The position numbers and the translations under genes are program-made. The notes under the pieces are model-generated. The model was not told the origin of the DNA and ran no database searches. It saw nothing but the letters and a program-made list of their open reading frames with translations. A stretch of DNA of 64,000 nt from NCBI GenBank assembly GCA_964035545.1, contig OZ037773.1:1393751-1457750 (forward strand), read 5' to 3'. Of this stretch, positions 38,000 to 51,311 are shown piece by piece; the first letter of the stretch is position 1; every line of letters starts with the position of its first letter. Origin of the DNA: Bugula neritina. Its lineage: Eukaryota; Animalia; Bryozoa.

Positions 38000-40900
38000 A
38001 TGGCAGCCAGGAACAGGTAAGTCAAGGTGGCTATAGTGTTTGACTATACTGTGTGAATCAGCAGTGATTTGGTAGTGAATCTCAGTTTTACAATACTTTA
38101 CAGTAATTCAGTACAGCTTATATTTATATACTTACAGTAGCTCAATACAGCTTTTATTTGCTTACTTACAGTAGAATGGTACAGCTTATATTCGTACACT
38201 TACAGTAGCTCAGTGCAGCTTATATTTGCTCCCTAAAGAAATTATTTTTGCTTCTAATTTTAAAACTTCAATTCTTGTATTTTAATCAAATAAACTGAAA
38301 TAGAGCCATCGGCTATACTGCAGCACAATAATATCTCATTTTAGTAAGCACTAGTTTGCAATCATTGACTAAGAGTTTTAGTTCCTTGCTGTGAGAGTTA
38401 CTGTGCAGACCTAGGGCTATGCCAAAATCTATGTTATTGTATACTGATGTGTACTGCATGTTTTCTGTGAATTCCATAACAGCTTAGGATAGAAATATTA
38501 CAAAGAACTTGAAATTTTTGGCCACTTAGCTAGTTACACAAACGCAGCTTACTCTTGCTATAGAATATAACATATTTTTGCGAATCATGATGTGAACAAA
38601 AAAATAGGATGTACTGTGAGCTATTACCTAACTGCTGTCACAATCATAAAACATCTGTAGTCTTGGTTCTCTCAATTTTAGCGGCATCAGGGGCCAACCC
38701 GCTGCTGAGAAACCTAAATACAACATATACCCAGATCCTCTCCCTCCACCTCCTCCGGATGATCCGAATCAGCCCATCAAAGCTCTCGGAATCAACAAAG
38801 CAGCCAATCACGCTTGGGATGGCGCATCTAGTCATTTTATTGATTTTAATGATAAGAACGAGACTTATGGTAGGCCACCCGAAGGTGAGACTACAGACAA
38901 TCCGTAGATCTTAGACTATTACCTTGACATGTGGAAAAGTGTTATAGGGAAACACTGCATACGTTATAGTTTATAGCAAATATCAAAGTATGAGTAGATA
39001 TAAGTACATCTTTGCATATGAAGTGATACATAACGCATATGAAGCAGCAGGAAGTGATACATCGTTTCCTTGCGCGCGAAGCACTTGGTTGTCGGTCGGC
39101 TGCAGTTCACGTCTCAACCTATAATCTTAGCAACAAACCTGAGGCTTTGCTCTAGGCAAGTTTCATGTTTACTCTTGGCCTAGCAAAGAGCAGCTCATGT
39201 AGACAAGTAGCCCTCAGTGGCCACTCGACCCCAATGATTCTTCCAAATACCATTCTTTCTATAGAGTTTCAGAATCTATGACTTTGTTGAAAAATAGGGG
39301 TAACGGGGTACAACGGTCATAGGGGTACAAAAAGCCGGTCAAATTGTGAGAAAACTTATTGACTTAAAGTTGCGATTTTTTTTAATAAAAAGGTATTGAC
39401 ATAATTATTCAGCCATTGTATTTTCAACACTTGCGGAGCATACATGTTGAAGAGGCAAGTCAAAAACTGTCTTAACCTACATTTTGTAAAATTTTTAAGA
39501 TGTCATTAAAGCTTTATAACTTTTTACACTGAAAGGTAACAAGTCTAGTTTTTACTGATATTGTTGCTATTGCTTGTCTCTACATTGCTTAACTAGTATA
39601 ATAGCAAATTCTATAATACATTTACCTTGAGCCACATTTATTTCCAACTTGACCACGCGGGGCACAATGGGCCACTTGACCATTGCACCCTAATCACTGT
39701 TATTAGTTTCTTTGCCAAATAGATCAGTTGAAATGTTAGGAAAATCTATAGATATAGCCACTTCCGACCTTCCTTTTGTAAAATATCAAAGACATCATGA
39801 TAAGAGTACCAAACTACAAGATTAAGCTGCCCTCATATACATCTGGTGAGGTTATAGCTTTGCAGTTTTATATATCATACAAAACACTCTGCTGTTCCTA
39901 CTAATGGATAGTCATGATATTCATTATATATTATGTCATTGAAAGGAATATACATGTATATGATTAAAATAAATTGTGATTTGCTCATTTCCTCCGCCCC
40001 CTCCGCACTCCAGTCATAAACCTCAGTCACCTTAGCTACAGTTCATAAAAAAAAGTTCACTCGGAATTTCGTAGCACATATTACTAAAGTTTTTTCTGAT
40101 GAAAGTTCCCGAGAAATGGAAATAGAAAAAACCATTTTAGTTCTAAATAGTAAGGATCATGGCACCGTAGAAATAAGTGATGTGCGTTTGAGGTTGCCTC
40201 CCCTGCTATCTGTGGTGACACAAACTGTACAGCTAAAACATAATTTTTGCTGTAGATCTGAAAAAGTATTTATATTTATTTGTGTATATTAAATAAGTAA
40301 AGACCAGATGCAACCAAATCAGCAAAGTTTTAATTTATTTGTTGTGAAAATTTCGTTATTCTGGACTCTGTTACCCCTACATGCCTCAGAAATATGCACT
40401 GAAGTTGAATTATACTTGCTCGCTACAATATTGTGGAATAATAGGTGCAGCACAATAACATCAGCCGATCAGCAAGCTTTTCTCACTGAATGAAGATTGT
40501 CTCTAAATCTTCTAATTCCTACCATCTTTCCTTCTAGGGTCACTAACAGAGCAGCGGGCTAAGAAGGCATGTCAGCACATCAACAATGAGGTGCTGACTC
40601 TAGTCAGCGTTATTAGAGGCATTGGAGATCATGATGAGACAAATCCTAACATTGCTAGAGTCACCTTTGGAAAGCTGTTCAATTATTACACATCTATTTC
40701 AAATAAGGTAGACCATGTCTATAATGTCTATATGTTTACATTTTAGCGAAATATTTTTACTAGGATTTTTAATTTATGTTTGCATAATAATAAATACAAA
40801 AATAAGGTAAGTTGTTAGTTTTGTAATACCATGGGCTTCAGAGCTGATTGAATTAACAGCATCAGCAAACGATCAGAAATCCCAAATTAATTCAAAATAT

Positions 40901-42766
40901 GTTAGCAAAAGATTTATTATAAAGCAAAGTTTTTGAGCCATACAACCCTAAAACAGTTTGCAAAAAATAGCTATAACACATATATGAATACTTCAATACT
41001 GAATAGATGAAATGTGTCAGGGATTCTTTAATTTAATATCTTATTATGTATTTATAACTTTTAGCCACAAAATATAAGACGTATAATTTATAGACGTATA
41101 ATCTATAGAAGTATAATCTATAGACGTATAATCTATAGACATATAATCTATAGACATATAATCCATAGACGTATAATCTATAGAAGTATAATCTATAGAC
41201 GTATAATCTATAGAAGTATAATATATAGAAGTATAATCTATAGAAGTATAATCTATAGACAGATAATCTATAGACGTGTAATCTATAGAAGTATAACCTA
41301 TAAGACGTACACTCTTTGTCATGTGGCTCGCTTGTTTTGGTGACATTTTAGCACTTGAATTCTATCTGGTGAATAATTATAGATGTGAATTACAAAGTGC
41401 TTAGACATGAAGATTGATAACTTATAAATTACTCCTTGAATATAATGGCTTCTAAATCATATAATGGGTTATACACATATATCATATATAAGACAGACAC
41501 TTGTTGTCAAGTGTCTAATTTAACCCTTCTGTCATGCATTGTCTTACCAATTATAGTTGAAGCATGAAGAATTACATGCATACTATATTATAAACTCACG
41601 TACTCACAATACTATATTATAAACTCACGTACTCACAATACTATATTATAAACTCACGTACTCACAACACTATATTATAAACTCACGTACTCACAAAACT
41701 ATATTATAAACTTACAAAACTCCACAAAACGACTGCTAACTAACATAAGATAAAATAAAATATTTGTACTTGTGTAAACTGTTTTTGTGTACAAATAAGG
41801 AAATTTTACTTGCCAATACCTATAACAACTCAAAAGATGTTGTGATTCAAGTAAAATCTATTGTACTTTTTAAAATAAGTTTTATGAATAAACCTATTTA
41901 TTGTGTTTATATTCTATGCATGAATTCTTTAATTATAGCATTATATTATTATGTAGATGTTTTGCGGAGTTTCTATGGTTACTACAAATAATTAAGTATA
42001 GAATTATATGACCTATAGTTTATTTAGGGCAGGTATACTAGATCCATGTGATCGCTCTTTTTGTCAGGTTCTGTGTGTCTCTACATTCTAATAATAGAAT
42101 GTATAACATACATGCAATCTGTAGATAGATTGTATACACCTAATCTATAAATAGATTGTATATACCTACTCTATAAATACTATGCATACACCTACTCTAT
42201 AAATACTATGTATACACCTACTCTATAAATAGATTGCATACACCTACTCTATAAATACTATGTATACACCTACTCTATATATAGATAGTGTATATAAATA
42301 GACTACTCTATAAATAATGTAGATCGAATATACATACTCTATAATCTATAAAGTACATGTATATAGGATTGCATCTCTTAATAATGCTGTACTACATACT
42401 GCAAGTAAGTTATTGTAGTTATACACCATGGCAGGTGTTATGTTTCATGAAAGGTATCTATACAACAAGTATTCTTGTGTTTGTCATGTACCTTACCTTG
42501 AATACCATATATTATGTATAAGCAACAGAAGTTACCTGTGTTCCCAGGTAGCTGGGATTCTCCTCAGAGCCAGAAGGTGGAAATTGGTAGACTTCAGCGG
42601 AGAGATGCTCTATCAAGGTCAAGATGATGGTAAGATTATAACTCTCCTGGTGGGTCCAGACGTCATTCCAACTACCAGAGAATACAGATTCCTGGACCAG
42701 AGTACAGACTCTCCACCCGAAACACTCAAAGAGAAACTTAGAAAAATAAATGAACAGAGAGATTGA
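38000..42766 (+). CDS. ABRA: Actin-binding Rho-activating protein-like (STARS, Costars domain), 202 aa
   Basis: Exons 38000-38016, 38682-38884, 40538-40707 and 42548-42766 (TGA). Protein contains YGRPPEGSLTEQRAKKACQHINNEV...VTFGKLFNYYTSISNKVAGILLRARRWKLVDFSGEMLYQGQDDGKIITLL, the ABRA/Costars signature. The first exon is less certain. Confidence 0.88.
39296..40379. mobile_element. Probable non-autonomous DNA transposon (about 1.1 kb) in ABRA intron 2
   Basis: taggggtaacgggg at 39296 and its inverse ctctgttaccccta at about 40366-40379; subterminal ggggtacaa/ggggcacaa motifs. Confidence 0.45.
41085..41310. repeat. 15-bp minisatellite (gtataatctataga(a/c))
   Basis: About 15 copies. Confidence 0.9.
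41580..41712. repeat. 29-bp repeat, about 4.5 copies
   Basis: actatattataaactcacgtactcacaat units. Confidence 0.9.
42125..42315. repeat. About 26-bp degenerate minisatellite
   Basis: tacacctactctataaatactatgta units. Confidence 0.75.
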
Positions 42767-42861
42767 AAAAAGATACAAAAAGTAATCTACTTTGCATTTA
42801 ATTTGACTTCTGATATTTTTATAGCTTTATTTATAACGTAAATTATATAACATTCAACGAA

Positions 42862-43023
42862 CAGTGCTCCCTCCATATCTTGCTTAGCTATGGGTCCCAC
42901 AACCTCAGTTCATGACATAGTAGAATACCAGATTTAACTCACAGATACTTTAAATACGGCCATTTTGTTCATATACACATACATAAGCCACAAAGAGAGG
43001 TTCAAGCTTTTCTGGTGACCTAT
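42862..43023 (-). mobile_element. Partial copy of the CAGTG MITE, inverted
   Basis: cagtgctccctccatatcttgcttagct...tagtagaataccagatttaactcac matches the reverse complement of 30375-30583. Confidence 0.75.
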
Positions 43024-44194
43024 AAGGATGATCACTATATGTATATACTATATGCAATATTTGACATGGAAAATATGTGATGTTTGTTATATAATATATT
43101 GTTATGCTGCTACAAGAAGCGAATTATGAATTATGTTATGTGATATAGCATATATAGCAAGCATATAGTTTGGATTACATAATATATTATATATAATGTA
43201 TTACATATAACACAAATTAAAGAGCTTATGCATTAAACTGTAAATTTGCTATTAGTACTGCTACAATTAACACAACATGTCATGCAATACAGATGCTGCT
43301 TCATCTTTGCCCAGCATGGCAAGTAAATGGTGGATCAAGTGACCAGAATATGGTGCAAGCTGTTTTTGTATCTTTCTGTAGTTCATATTAATTTCTATAA
43401 CTTATTTTTAGCTTAAAAGTTGGCAATCATTATGTAATTAATCTTGTTTAAAGTCAGAAATAAATGGCTTTCATTTCTAAACAAGATGTGACACTAAAAA
43501 TCTATTATTTTATGTCCTTTTTTATTATACCATGACAAATAATAATTAATTTTCAGCTAATAAAATATTCCTTTCATTACAAATTTTTCTTGTTATTTTA
43601 TGCCAACCCTAGTTTAAAGTTTTATACACTCTGACCTTGTATTCTAGTAAAATACCAACAAACTATCATTGCATTTTCTTCATTCTATGTTGACAGTTTA
43701 AATTATATGCTGTCAAGTAAATATTTCTTCATTCATATTAAATTAATGGGAAAATAACAAAATGATATTATAATCTTTGTTCTGTCATTCACTATTAATC
43801 TTCTTGTTTACTTTAATTGCATTCTTTCTATTCTTTCAATTGTTTAGTGAATTGTCTAAGTGACAGGCATATGTAGAAAGATTACATTTTTATGAGACCC
43901 TTAACTGCTTTACACCAAATTTAGTTCAAAACAATAACATCTGACAAACCATTACCAGGCGTTAGACAGTATATGTTGTTTCATAATGATTTTGTGTTGA
44001 GAAGAAAGTAGGTTTCATTTTTAAAGTGTTGCAACTTTTTTTCTAAGCCTTACGGTTTCGTTTTCTAATAAATGTGTTTATTGCACATTAGTGTGAAGGC
44101 CCCAATTGAGCCAATTAGAGTAATTAATAATGTACCTAATATCTAACAGTGGCTTATTGTTTCTTCAACTCTTCTTCCAACCAACTAGCAATCT

Positions 44195-44457
44195 GCTGTC
44201 ATACTCTGTCACATTCTGCTATGTACTGTCATATTCTGTCACATGATGTCACAATTTGTCCCATGTTGTCACACCCTGTCACATTCTGTCATATTCTGTC
44301 ACATTCTGTCACATTCTAACACATGCTGACACAATTTATCACATGATGTGACATTCTGTCACACAATGTAGCATGATGTCACGTTCTGTCACACCCTGTC
44401 ACATGCTGTCATATTCTGTCACATGATGTCACATTTTGTCACATTCTGTCACATGCT
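44195..44457. repeat. 10-bp minisatellite (tgtcacattc)
   Basis: About 25 degenerate copies. Confidence 0.85.
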
Positions 44458-44679
44458 ATAAAATATCTTATTTTGAGAAGCAAAGAAACAACAATAAATA
44501 TCACAAGTTATGAATTTAGAATGTTTATTGTCAACTTAAACTAATAAACTGAAATTAATCTAATAAACAACTACATATTATATTGAGTAGGTAAGCTTGC
44601 GTGTCAATGCATTGCGGTTCCAAATTAGTATGTTCAGCTCTGTAGCCTCGCCCTACCCCCTACCCCCTACCTTATCCAG

Positions 44680-44875
44680 TATATAGTGGTAAACACCTTT
44701 ACACTCCTATATACATGTATAGGCTATAGTAATATATACCTTTACACTCCTGTATACATGCATATAGTAATATATACCTTTACACTCCTGTATACATGCA
44801 TATAGTGGTATATAATGTACCTTTACACTCCTATATACATACAATATATACCTTTACACTCCTGTATACACAAGT
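44680..44875. repeat. About 36-bp repeat (atatacctttacactcctgtatacatgcatatagta)
   Basis: 5 copies. Confidence 0.8.
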
Positions 44876-44987
44876 ATAAGGATATGCAGCGCCTTAACCC
44901 TCCTGTACAAATGTATATAGTATAGCTAGAAGCAAAGTAATGGAAAATTCTATGAATAAATTAAGAGCACCCATCACAGAAGTGTGC

Positions 44988-45060
44988 CATATAAATGAAC
45001 GATTGAATCTTGAACATCATTTCTCAGTTGACCTGCAGCTCAGCTGTTTGCCTTTTGCCA
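44988..45060 (+). promoter_or_regulatory. Candidate TATA/Inr promoter and non-coding first exon of the 45384 gene
   Basis: CATATAAATG at about 44988-44997, TCATTT initiator-like motif about 27 nt downstream, donor gcca|GTGAGT at 45060/45061, and acceptor ttttag at 45381 just before the ATG. Confidence 0.5.
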
Positions 45061-45383
45061 GTGAGTTTCGTAATTTACTTCTGTTCTTTTTCTCATAGAC
45101 TTTTGGGATTTTCACTTTAATATTATATATAATAGTATTATAATATTTTTCATACCTTCTGAGTAATAATATAACACATTACACTATCAGTACCTACTAC
45201 TAGTGTTATAGCAGCTGTAATAACTTTTTTATATTATATATTATATCATATCATATACATACCAATTCTTTGAATTAAAAAAAAACAAATTGATAATTTT
45301 AACAAAGCTTCGACTACATTGCTTTTACTTTTTAACAGAAAGGACCAGAAAAGATGTAATAAAATTATATTTGCTTTTTAGAT

Positions 45384-48300
45384 ATGGTAGCCTCTGTAGG
45401 GATGATTATAGGCATAGCTATACTAGCATGTGGTAAGTAGAACTAATGAGGTGTATTATGTGCTAATAGCACTATCAACTATCGGCATGTTAATTTGTAA
45501 ATAATGCAGATAAAGACTTGTGTGACGTCATAATATTGTACTATATAAGTTATATTCCTTTATGATTTCCCTAGAATCTGTATTCACTGTCATACTATAA
45601 TGCTTTAAGACTTTTTTAAAAGATGTATACACAATACTATACTACAGTACAAGAAGGTTACTCTAAAAGCTGTATATTAAGTGGTATACTACAGCGTTCT
45701 AAGAAAGCTCTAAAAGTAAAACCAGGCTCAACAGATTATCTATATTCTAGAATCTATAAACACCGTAGGGCAGGTGTTTGGGTTTAACTGTTCAAATTAA
45801 TCTTGATGAACTGAATAACAGTTCAGTAGATTTTTATTATAATTATTCATTAGATTATCATAACTGTATGTAAAACTTTTCAAAGCGTCACGGAGCTGTA
45901 TAAGATTTAATCTCCTTTAATTGAAATTAAATACAAAATATCAAATAACATGTTAAATTGAAAGCAATACAAATATTTTATAGCATAGTAGTGTATATTA
46001 CTATAATTATAACATAATATTATGTTGTAATAAAATGGCACAATATAATATATACCATAATATAATATACCATAATATAAGGTAATCTTAATATGTATAT
46101 TATATGTATTTATTGTCAAACTTTTATTTGACATTACATGCATGCATATGATTTGCAATTTTGTTGTTACTAAATTTCCTAAAAACTTTCAATTATAATA
46201 CATTATTTAGCATTATGTAATATTTTAAAAATAATAATATTATATTACATTGTATTATAAATTACTGCATCAAGCATAATATTCTATAATGTAACAGTTT
46301 GTTACAGTGTTATGCAGCATTATATAATATAATAATATATAATATTATATAATATAATATTATATATTATATTGCAGGTTGACTAGAAATAAAGTTAAAA
46401 TTTGTGAAAAAAGCTGCTTGAAGCCCAAAAACTGTGTTAATTTATTAGTTTTTCATCAAATATAAAAATGACCTATATTAAGAGGTGGCTCGGCTTATGT
46501 TAAATCATAAATTCACTGTAAACCTGTGTTTATTTTACTTGGAAAAGGTTTCCTATTATTGTCCTCTCATGACAAATTAGATTTACTATTCTGCACTGTT
46601 ATGTCTAATTATAAAAAGCAATGATATATAACATAGAGTAATCTTGTCTGTAATATAAAGCAGTGCTATGTAATATAAAGTAGTACTATGTAATATAAAG
46701 TAGTGATATGTAATATAAAGTAATACTATGTAATATAAAGTAGTGATATGTAATATAAAGTAATACTATGTAATATAAAGTAGTACTATGTAATATGAAG
46801 TAGTACTATGTAATATAAAGTAGTGCTATGTAACATAAAGTAGTGATAGGTAATATAAAGTAATACTATGTAATATAAAGTAATGATATGTAATTTATAA
46901 AGTAGTGTTATGTAATATAAAGTAGTGATATGTAATATAAAATAGTGATAATATGTAATATAAAGTAATGCTATGTAATATAAAGTAGTGCTATGTAATA
47001 TAAAGTAGTACTATGTAATATAAAGTAATACTACGTAATATAAAGTAGTACTATGTAATATAACGTAATACTATGTAATATAATGTAATGCTATGCAATA
47101 TAAAGAAATGCTGTGTAATATAAATTAATGGTATGCTATGTAATAGTGAATTACTATATCATCCATACACACAACCAAGATACAATAGCAGATTAAGCTA
47201 TTAAAAGAATTGTCCACCGCATATTTATAATTCGGTATCTAGAAAGTTCCCTGTAATATATTATTATGTCCATCACCTATATCTAGTTGTAGGAATCACA
47301 CACGCTGGATATTATGCATCTATTTACCAAGTTCATAGACATCAACCTCATCTGTATTACTATCATGGCAATAGAGGGGGTAGTGACTCAGATAGTGGTG
47401 GATACGGCAGAGGAGCGAGGGGTAGTGACTCTAGCAGTGGTGGATATGGCATAGGAGCGAGGGGTAGTGACTCTAGCAGTGGTGGATATGGCAGAGGAGC
47501 AAGGGGTAGTGACTCTAGCAGTGGTGGATTTGGCAGAGGAGCAAGGGGTAGTGACTCAGATAGTGGTGGATATGGTAAGCAAGCAGATTTCCACAGTTAT
47601 TCAAATAAATACAGGGTTATGAGTCATTTGAAGGGTGGAACTAAATTTTTAGTTCAAGAATTTAGCCTATTTTACATCCCATATAGTTATAACATATTGC
47701 AGAAAACTCTGCCATGCATAAACATGTTATATAAGCATGTTATTTTAGCATGTTATATAAGCATGCAAATGTATGCACTAGCATTCATAGCTTGTGCATA
47801 GGCATACTAGAATGTCTTTTATTTTAAGTAAAAGTTAAAGGGTAAAGCTCAATGCTTTAGTAAAGCTGCACACTGATCCAACATCATCCTTCTATATGCA
47901 TATGTGTAGTCATGGAAGATTTTCTAACGTTGTAAGTATTTTAGGACTACATAGACCTCTCCATTACAAAATATTGTCTCCCAATCAGCAGTTACCACAC
48001 GAACCACCCACACCACCAGCACCACACGCACCAACAGCACCACCAGCACCACCAACACCAGTACATCAACCCTACTTCCCAAGTCCAGGTAATACTCTAG
48101 TTTATGCTACAGGAAGTTGTGACCTAATTATAGTTCTAAATACAGACTACAGTGCAAAGTTAGCTGGTAAACAGTTAGGCTTGCTGTCTCAATGCTGATT
48201 GACTAATCTTTCATAGTAGACTAAGCCACATAGTCGGGACAGATATTTCTATCACTCTGTTTGTCTTCTACTCCCTGCATGTTTAGCTGATGGCGGCTGG

Positions 48301-48531
48301 AGCTTCTGGAGCACATGGGCGAGCTGTGCAGGGAATTGTGGGGGATCCTCAGTCAGATATAGGTCATGTGACTCCCCACGCCCCTCTGTAGGTGGTAGAG
48401 CTTGTGACGGGAGAGCTTCAGAGAGTAGAACCTGCGAGTATGACGGACTGTGCAGCAAACCACCCCCTCCACCACCCCCCTCAACTCCACCCCCACCTCC
48501 TCCCCCTCGTAGAATATATGGTCACTACTAA
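45384..48531 (+). CDS. Secreted low-complexity protein (signal peptide, His/Tyr-rich segment, 5x GSDSSSGGYGRGAR, Pro-rich linker, one TSP1 domain, poly-Pro tail), 239 aa
   Basis: Phase-1 exons: 45384-45432 (MVASVGMIIGIAILAC), 47293-47574 (GITHAGYYASIYQVHRHQPHLYYYHGNRG plus repeats), 47945-48088 (GLHRPLHY...PPTPPAPHAP...PSP) and 48287-48531 (ADGGWSFWSTWASCAGNCGGSSVRYRSCDSPRPSVGGRACDGRASESRTCEYDGLCSKPPPPPPPSTPPPPPPPRRIYGHY*). Total 720 nt, in frame, all introns GT-AG. Confidence 0.8.
46650..47125. repeat. 20-bp minisatellite (tatgtaatataaagtagt(g/a)(a/c)), about 23 copies
   Basis: Direct tandem array in an intron. Confidence 0.9.
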
Positions 48532-50669
48532 ACTGAGGTCAACTACAGACTAATATATGTCTATATCACTGTGTCATCATTGCTTCAAATGAATATGTAC
48601 TGATGCTTGTACTGATTGGGACTTATATTAACTTATGGTTGTGGTTTTTCTCGATTAGCTCTCAAACATCGAAATTCATTCTCACAATCCGAAGCAATGG
48701 GACCGCAACGATAATTTATCCTTTGTAGCTTGCAGGGTCACACAATGCATTTTGTTTTGATATTTTTGCATTTTATTAAAGACTGATAAAAGGAATTATT
48801 TGTTTGCACGCTTTTCTGTCATTATTTCTTTTTTATAGATATTATACTAATATTTTGGTTATCAGAAGTATAATTTGTAAGTAAAAGATCAAAGAGTGGA
48901 TTTTTGAGTTACTGAGTTACTCAATGTAACATACAATAAATGGCTAAAAGGTTCGTTGGCAACTTTCTTGCTATCACCCATCCTTCCTCAGGCTATAGAT
49001 AATGAGGGCAGATATAAATAAAATCATTCTCACAGTACTGTCTACTGTCATAGTAAATACAGTTCAATGTAGCCCGTATGACACACATGTGTGACACTAT
49101 AACTGTCGTATTATACAACCTCATAACCTCCAGCAAGTGTTGAATGTGTCTACAGAACCTGCACAAAACTACTTATCCATATCAGACAAGGCAATTGACT
49201 GAAACTGAAATAAAAACAATTCTTTAAAACTTATATATAAATATAACCACAAACATCCACGAACATATATAACTGTGATTAAACTTGTTATAGTAAATAG
49301 TTTGACACTCTACAAGTTTATATGCTTTCAGTCACACTGGTTTACCATATCTTACAGTTGATCATGTGTAGTAGTGACATGATGATAGTTGTAGCAAACA
49401 AAGAGTGTATACATTTAGTAACTAAAGAGTTTGCATGCAGTAATCAAAAAGTGTATGAATATTTTGTGATGTCATCATTGCTCAATTTGCTTTCGATGTC
49501 CACACAAATATTTGCAAACTCAAAATATTGTCTAAATACAAACCATCAAATTTTCCAAGTTTAATACTTTTGTTGTTTATGTCAAATACCATGCGTATGT
49601 TATTCCTCCAGTTGAGTGTTCACATTTCAACTGCATATTGTCATTCACCAGCTTTCTAGCCATATTGGATAATATAAGATATGGTAGTATAAGATATGGT
49701 AATATAAGTATATGATAATATAAGGTATGGTATTACAATATATTGTAGTATAAGATATGGTAATATAAGGTATAGAGTAGCCCACACTCTAAGTCATAAA
49801 ACGAATATATTTCATAAAAAGTTTAAATTCTTATGAGCAAGTATTCGCATAAACAAAAAAAAACTTCTTAAATAATAAGACTACGGCTTTCATAGCCTGT
49901 GATTAGTGTATACTATTATAACAGTAATGCTGCTATTTTATTCATAGTATAACAGAGACTACACAATAAGGAAGGCTCAATTATTACAGAGAACACGGGC
50001 TCATTGCCTACTTGACGTGTTCTACAGTTGTGAGTTAGTCATGTTTAGCCTCAGGATATGCAAGATAAAGAATAGAGGGTAGAGTCTACAGGCTTCTACA
50101 AAACATTTGCTATGTAGGAGAGTTAGTTAACCTCTAAAAGCTGAGTGTTGTTTGATATAAGTTTTGTATAAAGAGAAACCTATTCCATTCACCACTAGAA
50201 GACTGACACAAGAAGAATAAAACTGTTTATGTTGAAAGATCAATGTGTTATGTGAATTAGGAGTTTGGTGCACTTTGCAGTGGGTAGACAACTACTTGTA
50301 CATTATCAGTCAAAACATTTATATTATTATCTATAATGCAGAAAGTGGTACATTAACTGGCGGTACATAAATTTAGAGTTGTTGGTTTCATCCCTTGTAT
50401 GATTTTATAGAAACCATTGAACTCTTGACGCAACATGCAACGTTGTCTGTGACAGAAACCGAACAACAAGTAGCTGAATTACACTTTCATCCTGACTGGA
50501 GGTTGGAAAATCTTGACATATAATATAAGAATTCAGTCACTGCAGTCACACAAATGAGTGTATTATTGTACGACATGGGTATTGCATTATGTAATACAAT
50601 ATATTATATAATATAGCATTACATAAAATTGTATAATGTTTAATACATAATATACAATAATATAGAGTA

Positions 50670-50840
50670 GGGAGCAGCCTTGGTTTAGTGATTAGAGAAC
50701 TGGGCTAGTAAACTTGAGGTAGTGGCTTGGATCTCAGTACATGCTTTTGTTGTGTTAGAAAAAGCTTCCTGTCAAATTATGGCTTTTGTGCCATATTCAC
50801 ATTAGCCTTTGCTCTTTAAATAATTTCTTAATAAATTTTG
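50670..50840 (+). mobile_element. Highly degenerate tRNA-derived SINE copy
   Basis: gggagcagccttggtttagtgattagagaactgggctagtaaac...tgtgttagaaaaagcttcctgtcaaattatggcttttgtgcc aligns with the 36137 copy. Confidence 0.65.
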
Positions 50841-51204
50841 GTTTGGGGCACAGGTTGAAATTTTTTTGAGAACTTCTTACGCTACATTGTTAATCTAGAA
50901 CACCGGCTTTTCTCAATTTCTTCATTACTGCACTTATACCTCCTGATTTTACAGTCAAAATACTGTAGTTGCTCTCATTAGAAGATAGTTTCCACTCAGC
51001 AACATCCTCTGTGTTTGTCTGCACATAGTCACATTAAATGAGAGTTGTCTTTCCAACAGTGAGACTGATATGTATGGCATCAACTAAACTTTGCATGATC
51101 TAATATTCAAAACATTGCCTACGTTAATCATTTTATGCAAACCTTTTACTAAATTAGTATGTACAAATCATATATTAAATAAATTTTAATTTGATTGCAT
51201 ATAC

Positions 51205-51207
<3 letters not shown>

Positions 51208-51263
<56 letters not shown>

Positions 51264-51265
51264 CG

Positions 51266-51308
<43 letters not shown>
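51208..51308. repeat. Compound (TA)n(GT)n microsatellite
   Basis: Seen directly. Confidence 0.95.
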
Positions 51309-51311
<3 letters not shown>

